Shown: positions 1-10,600 of the stretch, one piece after another
Position numbering within the stretch: the first letter of the stretch is position 1
How the letters are laid out: each line of letters opens with the position of its first letter
NCBI GenBank assembly: GCA_964057225.1
Contig: OZ059896.1
Coordinates: forward strand, 2,666,001 to 2,730,000
Origin: Auanema rhodensis
Taxonomy: Eukaryota > Animalia > Nematoda
Direction of reading: 5' to 3'
DNA: 64,000 nucleotides
The notes under the pieces: model-generated
Seen by the model: the letters and a program-made list of their open reading frames with translations, nothing else
Databases searched by the model: none
Told to the model about the DNA's origin: nothing
Program-made: the position numbers and the translations under genes

Positions 1-199
1 ATTTTGAAAACCGCATCTCTTTATCTTTCACGTGAAGCGAGTTACATACCAAGTGCACATCACGTGTACATTTAATTAGCATAAGTTGAAGTTCACGTAA
101 ATTTCAAAGTCATGGTTACCATGAACCAATATCAATGAAAATTTGTTTTTAGACTAATATGGACATGGGGAATCTAATTTTGAAAACCGCATCTCTTTA

Positions 200-1200
200 T
201 CTTTCACGTGAAGCGAGTTACATATAAAGTGCACATCACGTGTACATTTAATTAGCATAAATTAAAGTTCACGAAAATTTCAAAGTCATGGTTACCATGT
301 ACCAATATTAATAAAAATTTGTTTTTAGACTAATATGGACATGGGGAATCTAATTTTGAAAACCGCATCTCTTTATCTTTCAAGTGAAGCGAGTTACATA
401 CCAAGTGCACATCACGTGTACACTTAATTAGCATAAATTAAAGTTCACGAAAATTTCAAAGTCATGGTTACCATGCACCAATATTAATAAAAATTTGTTT
501 TTAGACTAATATGGACATGGGGAATCTAATTTTGAAAACCGCATCTCTTTATCTTTCAAGTGAAGCGAGTTACATACCAAGTGCACATCACGTGTACATT
601 TAATTAGCATAAATTAAAGTTCACGTAAATTTCAAACTCATGGTTACCATGAACCAATATCAATAAAAATTTGTTTTTAAACTAATATGGACATGGGGAA
701 TCTAATTTTGAAAACCGCATCTCTTTATCTTTCACGTGAAGCGAGTTACATATAAAGTGCACATCACGTGTACATTTAATTAGCATAAATTAAAGTTCAC
801 GAAAATTTCAAAGTCATGGTTACCATGCACCAATATTAATAAAAATTTGTTTTTAGACTAATATGGACATGGGGAATCTAATTTTGAAAACCGCATCTCT
901 TTATCTTTCAAGTGAAGCGAGTTACATACCAAGTGCACATCACGTGTACACTTAATTAGCATAAATTAAAGTTCACGAAAATTTCAAAGTCATGGTTACC
1001 ATGCACCAATATTAATAAAAATTTGTTTTTAGACTAATATGGACATGGGGAATCTAATTTTGAAAACCGCATCTCTTTATCTTTCAAGTGAAGCGAGTTA
1101 CATACCAAGTGCACATCACGTGTACATTTAATTAGCATAAATTAAAGTTCACGTAAATTTCAAACTCATGGTTACCATGAACCAATATCAATAAAAATTT
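200..1200. repeat. 3-monomer (528-bp) block duplication, approximate bounds
   Basis: The CACGAAAA variant at 274/450 recurs at 802/978, and the CAAACTC variant at 637 recurs at 1165; all offsets are 528. Confidence 0.85.
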
Positions 1201-2353
1201 GTTTTTAGACTAATATGGACATGGAGAATCTAATTATGAAAACCGCATCTCTTTATCTTTCACGTGAAGCGAGTTACATACCAAGTGCACATCACGTGTA
1301 CATTTAATTAGCATAAATTAAAGTTCATGTAAATTTCTAAGTCATGGTTACCATGAACCAATATCAATAAAAATTTGTTTTTAAACTAATATGGACATGG
1401 GGATTCTAATTTTGAAAACCGCATCTCTTTATCTTTCACGTGAAGCGAGTTACATATAAAGTGCACATCACGTGTACATTTAATTAGCATAAATTAAAGT
1501 TCACGTAAAATTCAAAGTCATGGTTACCATGAACCAATATCAATAAAAATTTGTTTTTAAACTAATATGGACATGGGGAATCTAATTTTGAAAACCGCAT
1601 CTCTTTATCTTTCACGTGAAGCGAGTTACATACCTAGTGCACATCACGTGTACATTTAATTAGCATAAATTAAAGTTCACGTAAATTTCAAAGTCATGGT
1701 TACCATGAACCAATATCAATAAAAATTTGTTTTTAGACTAATATGGACATGGGGAATCTAATTTTGAAAACCGCATCTCTTTATCTTTCACGTGAAGCGA
1801 GTTACATATAAAGTGCACATCACGTGTACATTTAATTAGCATAAATTAAAGTTCACGTAAATTTCAAAGTCATGGTTACCATGCACCAATATTAATAAAA
1901 ATTGGTTTTTAGACTAATATGGACATGGGGAATCTAATTTTGAAAACTGCATCTCTTTATCTTTCACGTGAAGCGAGTTACATACCAAGTGCACATCACG
2001 TGTACACTTAATTAGCATAAATTAAAGTTCACGTTAATTTCAAAGTCATGGTTACCATGAACCAATATCAATAAAAATTTGTTTTTAGACTAATATGGAC
2101 ATGGGGAATCTAATTTTGAAAACCGCATCTTTTTATCTTTCACGTGAAGCGAGTTACATATAAAGTGCACATCACGTGTACATTTAATTAGCATAAATTA
2201 AAGTTCACGTAAATTTCAAAGTCATGGTTACCATGCACCAATATTAATAAAAATTTGTTTTTAGACTAATATGGACATGGGGAATCTAATTTTGAAAACC
2301 GCATCTCTTTATCTTTCACGTGAAGCGAGTTACATACCAAGTGCACATCACGT

Positions 2354-2820
2354 TCTCACCTCTCGAAAAACTATTTTTTTTTCTTTTATCAGGCTCCTTT
2401 TTATTTGTAGTTCGTATTTTTTCACACTTCTCTATGACCACATGGCAACAGTCTACCATCTATTTTTCTTTGTCCCTTCTCAATAATTGTTACTTCGTCA
2501 CTATTCCTATAGACATTAGTCATGCGGATCGGACGCTAGTTACCTCCAAATTGCTAGAACGGGCTTGCCTCACATCACGAGTACCACCGTACCTAACAAC
2601 CACATTAGTGAGGTCAGCCATTGTGCTGAACAAACCCCAAGCATACAGCAAGAACTTTATTTGGCAGACTGTTCACTATTGATCATAGATAAGCGAGCTC
2701 TTATCGAACTTACAATATTAAAAGTCCTTTTTTATGTTCTTATTGAATGGTTCTTGATTTTTTCACTCCATGACTTAACAGCTACTGTCTTAACCTGTGA
2801 TATTGAACAATAAACATTAA
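2354..2820 (+). mobile_element. 467-bp non-satellite insertion, copy 1, with 4-bp ACGT target-site duplication (TSD); possibly a 5'-truncated non-LTR retroelement 3' end
   Basis: The monomer ...GCACATC-ACGT-GTACAC... is split as ACGT(2350-2353) + TCTCACC...AATAAACATTAA + ACGT(2821-2824). There are no terminal inverted repeats (TIRs) and no TG..CA ends. AATAAA lies at 2809-2814. The insertion itself is certain; the element class and strand are tentative. Confidence 0.8.
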
Positions 2821-3704
2821 ACGTGTACACTAAATTAGCATAAATTAAAGTTCACGTTAATTTCAAAGTCATGGTTACCATGCACCAATATCAATAAAAA
2901 TTTGTTTTTAGACTAATTTGGACATGGGGAATCTAATTTTGAAAACCGCATCTCTTTATCTTTCACGTGAGGCGAGTTACATAACAAGTGCACATCACGT
3001 GTACATTTAATTAGCATAAATTAAAGTTCACGTAAATTTCAAAGTCATGGTTACCATGAACCAATATCAATAAAAATTTGTTTTTGGACTAATATGGACA
3101 TGGGGAATCTAATTTTGAAAACCGCATCTCTTTATCTTTCAAGTGAAGCGAGTTACATACCAAGTGCACATCACGTGTACATTTAATTAGCATAAATTAA
3201 AGTTCACGTAAATTTCAAATTCATGGTTACCATGAACCAATATCAATAAAAATTTGTTTTTAAACTAATATGGACATGGGGATTCTAATTTTGAAAACCG
3301 CATCTCTTTATCTTTCACGTGAAGCGAGTTACATACCTAGTGCACATCACGTGTACATTTAATTAGCATAAATTAAAGTTCACGTAAATTTCAAAGTCAT
3401 GGTTACCATGAACCAATATCAATAAAAATTTGTTTTTAGACTAATTTGGACATGGGGAATCTAATTTTGAAAACCGCATCTCTTTATCTTTCAAGTGAAG
3501 CGAGTTACATACCAAGTGCACATCACGTGTACATTTAATTAGCATAAATTAAAGTTCACGTAAATTTCAAATTCATGGTTACCATGAACCAATATCAATA
3601 AAAATTTGTTTTTAAACTAATATGGACATGGGGATTCTAATTTTGAAAACCGCATCTCTTTATCTTTCACGTGAAGCGAGTTACATACCAAGTGCACATC
3701 ACGT

Positions 3705-4171
3705 TCTCACCTCTCGAAAAACTATTTTTTTTTCTTTTATCAGGCTCCTTTTTATTTGTAGTTCGTATTTTTTCACACTTCTCTATGACCACATGGCAAC
3801 AGTCTACCATCTATTTTTCTTTGTCCCTTCTCAATAATTGTTACTTCGTCACTATTCCTATAGACATTAGTCATACGGATCGGACGCTAGTTACCTCCAA
3901 ATTGCTAGAACGGGCTTGCCTCACATCACGAGTACCACCGTACCTAACAACCACATTAGTGAGGTCAGCCATTGTGCTGAACAAACCCCAAGCATACAGC
4001 AAGAACTTTATTTGGCAGACTGTTCACTATTGATCATAGATAAGCGAGCTCTTATCGAACTTACAATATTAAAAGTCCTTTTTTATGTTCTTATTGAATG
4101 GTTCTTGATTTTTTCACTCCATGACTTAACAGCTACTGTCTTAACCTGTGATATTGAACAATAAACATTAA
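3705..4171 (+). mobile_element. 467-bp insertion, copy 2
   Basis: Same junctions (ACGT 3701-3704 and 4172-4175). It lies 1351 bp (471 + 5x176) after copy 1 and differs from it by A at 3875 versus G at 2524. Confidence 0.8.
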
Positions 4172-5407
4172 ACGTGTACACTAAATTAGCATAAATTAAA
4201 GTTCACGTTAATTTCAAAGTCATGGTTACCATGCACCAATATCAATAAAAATTTGTTTTTAGACTAATTTGGACATGGGGAATCTAATTTTGTAAACCGC
4301 ATCTCTTTATCTTTCACGTGAGGCGAGTTACATACCAAGTGCACATCACGTGTACATTTAATTAGCATAAATTAAAGTTCACGTAAATTTCAAAGTCATG
4401 GTTACCATGAACCAATATCAATAAAAATTGGTTTTTAGACTAATATGGACATGGGGAATCTAATTTTGAAAACTGCATCTCTTTATCTTTCACGTGAAGC
4501 GAGTTACATACCAAGTGCACATCACGTGTACACTTAATTAGCATAAATTAAAGTTCACGTTAATTTCAAAGTCATGGTTACCATGAACCAATATCAATAA
4601 AAATTTGTTTTTAGACTAATATGGACATGGGGAATCTAATTTTGAAAACCGCATCTTTTTATCTTTCACGTGAAGCGAGTTACATATAAAGTGCACATCA
4701 CGTGTACATTTAATTAGCATAAATTAAAGTTCACGTAAATTTCAAAGTCATGGTTACCATGCACCAATATTAATAAAAATTTGTTTTTAGACTAATATGG
4801 ACATGGGGAATCTAATTTTGAAAACCGCATCTTTTTATCTTTCACGTGAAGCGAGTTACATATAAAGTGCACATCACGTGTACATTTAATTAGCATAAAT
4901 TAAAGTTCACGTAAATTTCAAATTCATGGTTACCATGAACCAATATCAATAAAAATTTGTTTTTAAACTAATATGGACATGGGGATTCTAATTTTGAAAA
5001 CCGCATCTCTTTATCTTTCACGTGAAGCGAGTTACATACCTAGTGCACATCACGTGTACATTTAATTAGCATAAATTAAAGTTCACGTAAATTTCAAAGT
5101 CATGGTTACCATGAACCAATATCAATAAAAATTTGTTTTTAGACTAATTTGGACATGGGGAATCTAATTTTGAAAACCGCATCTCTTTATCTTTCAAGTG
5201 AAGCGAGTTACATACCAAGTGCACATCACGTGTACATTTAATTAGCATAAATTAAAGTTCACGTAAATTTCAAATTCATGGTTACCATGAACCAATATCA
5301 ATAAAAATTTGTTTTTAAACTAATATGGACATGGGGATTCTAATTTTGAAAACCGCATCTCTTTATCTTTCACGTGAAGCGAGTTACATACCAAGTGCAC
5401 ATCACGT

Positions 5408-5874
5408 TCTCACCTCTCGAAAAACTATTTTTTTTTCTTTTATCAGGCTCCTTTTTATTTGTAGTTCGTATTTTTTCACACTTCTCTATGACCACATGGC
5501 AACAGTCTACCATCTATTTTTCTTTGTCCCTTCTCAATAATTGTTACTTCGTCACTATTCCTATAGACATTAGTCATACGGATCGGACGCTAGTTACCTC
5601 CAAATTGCTAGAACGGGCTTGCCTCACATCACGAGTACCACCGTACCTAACAACCACATTAGTGAGGTCAGCCATTGTGCTGAACAAACCCCAAGCATAC
5701 AGCAAGAACTTTATTTGGCAGACTGTTCACTATTGATCATAGATAAGCGAGCTCTTATCGAACTTACAATATTAAAAGTCCTTTTTTATGTTCTTATTGA
5801 ATGGTTCTTGATTTTTTCACTCCATGACTTAACAGCTACTGTCTTAACCTGTGATATTGAACAATAAACATTAA
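5408..5874 (+). mobile_element. 467-bp insertion, copy 3
   Basis: Same junctions (ACGT 5404-5407 and 5875-5878). It lies 1703 bp (471 + 7x176) after copy 2. Confidence 0.8.
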
Positions 5875-6758
5875 ACGTGTACACTAAATTAGCATAAATT
5901 AAAGTTCACGTTAATTTCAAAGTCATGGTTACCATGCACCAATATCAATAAAAATTTGTTTTTAGACTAATTTGGACATGGGGAATCTAATTTTGAAAAC
6001 CGCATCTCTTTATCTTTCACGTGAGGCGAGTTACATAACAAGTGCACATCACGTGTACATTTAATTAGCATAAATTAAAGTTCACGTAAATTTCAAAGTC
6101 ATGGTTACCATGAACCAATATCAATAAAAATTTGTTTTTGGACTAATATGGACATGGGGAATCTAATTTTGAAAACCGCATCTCTTTATCTTTCAAGTGA
6201 AGCGAGTTACATACCAAGTGCACATCACGTGTACATTTAATTAGCATAAATTAAAGTTCACGTAAATTTCAAATTCATGGTTACCATGAACCAATATCAA
6301 TAAAAATTTGTTTTTAAACTAATATGGACATGGGGATTCTAATTTTGAAAACCGCATCTCTTTATCTTTCACGTGAAGCGAGTTACATACCTAGTGCACA
6401 TCACGTGTACATTTAATTAGCATAAATTAAAGTTCACGTAAATTTCAAAGTCATGGTTACCATGAACCAATATCAATAAAAATTTGTTTTTAGACTAATT
6501 TGGACATGGGGAATCTAATTTTGAAAACCGCATCTCTTTATCTTTCAAGTGAAGCGAGTTACATACCAAGTGCACATCACGTGTACATTTAATTAGCATA
6601 AATTAAAGTTCACGTAAATTTCAAATTCATGGTTACCATGAACCAATATCAATAAAAATTTGTTTTTAAACTAATATGGACATGGGGATTCTAATTTTGA
6701 AAACCGCATCTCTTTATCTTTCACGTGAAGCGAGTTACATACCAAGTGCACATCACGT

Positions 6759-7225
6759 TCTCACCTCTCGAAAAACTATTTTTTTTTCTTTTATCAGGCT
6801 CCTTTTTATTTGTAGTTCGTATTTTTTCACACTTCTCTATGACCACATGGCAACAGTCTACCATCTATTTTTCTTTGTCCCTTCTCAATAATTGTTACTT
6901 CGTCACTATTCCTATAGACATTAGTCATACGGATCGGACGCTAGTTACCTCCAAATTGCTAGAACGGGCTTGCCTCACATCACGAGTACCACCGTACCTA
7001 ACAACCACATTAGTGAGGTCAGCCATTGTGCTGAACAAACCCCAAGCATACAGCAAGAACTTTATTTGGCAGACTGTTCACTATTGATCATAGATAAGCG
7101 AGCTCTTATCGAACTTACAATATTAAAAGTCCTTTTTTATGTTCTTATTGAATGGTTCTTGATTTTTTCACTCCATGACTTAACAGCTACTGTCTTAACC
7201 TGTGATATTGAACAATAAACATTAA
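6759..7225 (+). mobile_element. 467-bp insertion, copy 4
   Basis: Same junctions (ACGT 6755-6758 and 7226-7229). It lies 1351 bp after copy 3 and 3054 bp after copy 2. Confidence 0.8.
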
Positions 7226-7699
7226 ACGTGTACACTAAATTAGCATAAATTAAAGTTCACGTTAATTTCAAAGTCATGGTTACCATGCACCAATATCAAT
7301 AAAAATTTGTTTTTAGACTAATTTGGACATGGGGAATCTAATTTTGTAAACCGCATCTCTTTATCTTTCACGTGAGGCGAGTTACATACCAAGTGCACAT
7401 CACGTGTACATTTAATTAGCATAAATTAAAGTTCACGTAAATTTCAAAGTCATGGTTACCATGAACCAATATCAATAAAAATTTGTTTTTGGACTAATAT
7501 GGACATGGGGAATCTAATTTTGAAAACCGCATCTCTTTATCTTTCAAGTGAAGCGAGTTACATACCAAGTGCACATCACGTGTACATTTAATTAGCATAA
7601 ATTAAAGTTCACGTAAATTTCAAATTCATGGTTACCATGAACCAATATCAATAAAAATTTGTTTTTAAACTAATATGGACATGGGGATTCTAATTTTGA

Positions 7700-10600
7700 A
7701 AACCGCATCTCTTTATCTTTCACGTGAAGCGAGTTACATACCTAGTGCACATCACGTGTACATTTAATTAGCATAAATTAAAGTTCACGTAAATTTCAAA
7801 GTCATGGTTACCATGAACCAATATCAATAAAAATTTGTTTTTAGACTAATTTGGACATGGGGAATCTAATTTTGAAAACCGCATCTCTTTATCTTTCAAG
7901 TGAAGCGAGTTACATACCAAGTGCACATCACGTGTACATTTAATTAGCATAAATTAAAGTTCACGTAAATTTCAAATTCATGGTTACCATGAACCAATAT
8001 CAATAAAAATTTGTTTTTAAACTAATATGGACATGGGGATTCTAATTTTGAAAACCGCATCTCTTTATCTTTCACGTGAAGCGAGTTACATATAAAGTGC
8101 ACATCACGTGTACATTTAATTAGCATAAATTAAAGTTCACGTAAATTTCAAAGTCATGGTTACCATGAACCAATATCAATAAAAATTTGTTTTTAAACTA
8201 ATATGGACATGGGGATTCTAATTTTGAAAACCGCATCTCTTTATCTTTCACGTGAAGCGAGTTACATATAAAGTGCACATCACGTGTACATTTAATTAGC
8301 ATAAATTAAAGTTCACGTAAAATTCAAAGTCATGGTTACCATGAACCAATATCAATAAAAATTTGTTTTTAAACTAATATGGACATGGGGAATCTAATTT
8401 TGAAAACCGCATCTCTTTATCTTTCACGTGAAGCGAGTTACATACCTAGTGCACATCACGTGTACATTTAATTAGCATAAATTAAAGTTCACGTAAATTT
8501 CAAAGTCATGGTTACCATGAACCAATATCAATAAAAATTTGTTTTTAGACTAATATGGACATGGGGAATCTAATTTTGAAAACCGCATCTCTTTATCTTT
8601 CACGTGAAGCGAGTTACATACCAAGTGCACATCATGTGTACATTTAATTAGCATAAAGTAAAGTTCACGTAAATTTCAAAGTCATGGTTACCATGCACCA
8701 ATATCAATAAAAATTTGTTTTTAGACTAATATGGACATGGGGAATCTAATTTTGAAAATCGCATCTCTTTATCTTTCACGTGAAGCGAGTTACATACCAA
8801 GTGCACATCACGTGTACACTTAATTAGCATAAATTAAAGTTCACGTTAATTTCAAAGTCATGGTTACCATGAACCAATATCAATAAAAATTTGTTTTTAG
8901 ACTAATATGGACATGGGGAATCTAATTTTGAAAACCGCATCTCTTTATCTTTCACGTGAAGCGAGTTACATATAAAGTGCACATCACGTGTACATTTAAT
9001 TAGCATAAATTAAAGTTCACGTAAATTTCAAAGTCATGGTTACCATGCACCAATATTAATAAAAATTTGTTTTTAGACTAATATGGACATGGGGAATCTA
9101 ATTTTGAAAACCGCATCTCTTTATCTTTCACGTGAAGCGAGTTACATACCAAGTGCACATCACGTGTACACTAAATTAGCATAAATTAAAGTTCACGTTA
9201 ATTTCAAAGTCATGGTTACCATGCACCAATATCAATAAAAATTTGTTTTTAGACTAATTTGGACATGGGGAATCTAATTTTGAAAACCGCATCTCTTTAT
9301 CTTTCACGTGAGGCGAGTTACATACCAAGTGCACATCACGTGTACATTTAATTAGCATAAATTAAAGTTCACGTAAATTTCAAAGTCATGGTTACCATGA
9401 ACCAATATCAATAAAAATTTGTTTTTAGACTAATATGGACATGGGGAATCTAATTTTGAAAACCGCATCTCTTTATCTTTCAAGTGAAGCGAGTTACATA
9501 CCAAGTGCACATCACGTGTACATTTAATTAGCATAAATTAAAGTTCACGTAAATTTCAAATTCATGGTTACCATGAACCAATATCAATAAAAATTTGTTT
9601 TTAAACTAATATGGACATGGGGATTCTAATTTTGAAAACCGCATCTCTTTATCTTTCACGTGAAGCGAGTTACATACCTAGTGCACATCACGTGTACATT
9701 TAATTAGCATAAATTAAAGTTCACGTAAATTTCAAATTCATGGTTACCATGAACCAATATCAATAAAAATTTGTTTTTAAACTAATATGGACATGGGGAT
9801 TCTAATTTTGAAAACCGCATCTCTTTATCTTTCACGTGAAGCGAGTTACATACCTAGTGCACATCACGTGTACATTTAATTAGCATAAATTAAAGTTCAC
9901 GTAAATTTCAAATTCATGGTTACCATGAACCAATATCAATAAAAATTTGTTTTTAAACTAATATGGACATGGGGATTCTAATTTTGAAAACCGCATCTCT
10001 TTATCTTTCACGTGAAGCGAGTTACATATAAAGTGCACATCACGTGTACATTTAATTAGCATAAATTAAAGTTCACGTAAATTTCAAAGTCATGGTTACC
10101 ATGAACCAATATCAATAAAAATTTGTTTTTAAACTAATATGGACATGGGGATTCTAATTTTGAAAACCGCATCTCTTTATCTTTCACGTGAAGCGAGTTA
10201 CATATAAAGTGCACATCACGTGTACATTTAATTAGCATAAATTAAAGTTCACGTAAAATTCAAAGTCATGGTTACCATGAACCAATATCAATAAAAATTT
10301 GTTTTTAAACTAATATGGACATGGGGAATCTAATTTTGAAAACCGCATCTCTTTATCTTTCACGTGAAGCGAGTTACATACCTAGTGCACATCACGTGTA
10401 CATTTAATTAGCATAAATTAAAGTTCACGTAAATTTCAAAGTCATGGTTACCATGAACCAATATCAATAAAAATTTGTTTTTAGACTAATATGGACATGG
10501 GGAATCTAATTTTGAAAACCGCATCTCTTTATCTTTCACGTGAAGCGAGTTACATACCAAGTGCACATCATGTGTACATTTAATTAGCATAAAGTAAAGT

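Noticed and set aside
1-176. CENP-B box, or assignment to a named 176-bp satellite (e.g. Brassica CentBr) or species
   Set aside because: No TTCG....A..CGGG motif is present. Unit length alone is not diagnostic, I do not recognise the sequence, and a database search is needed.
2585-2690. Insert containing a whole diverged monomer (AGACT lies 95 bp after CACATCACG in both)
   Set aside because: Ungapped identity between the anchors is near background, so only the 2535-2584 blocks are retained as a finding.
2768-2776. CCATGACTT in the insert equals the reverse complement of satellite AAGTCATGG
   Set aside because: An isolated 9-bp match is expected by chance between sequences of these lengths.
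2354-2820. Solo LTR, MITE/piggyBac or Helitron identity
   Set aside because: There are no TG..CA ends and no TIRs. TTAA occurs at only one end. The 5' TC is Helitron-like, but there is no 3' CTRR and Helitrons make no TSD.
2271-7218. Twelve + strand ORFs (71, 120 and 82 aa, four copies each) in the ORF track
   Set aside because: Two of the three start in satellite DNA and read across the insertion junction. The products are F/L/S/T-rich with no recognisable domain, and they recur only because the DNA is duplicated.
2354-7225. Four independent site-specific insertions
   Set aside because: All copies share the same rare downstream monomer haplotype and identical junctions; one event followed by duplication explains them.
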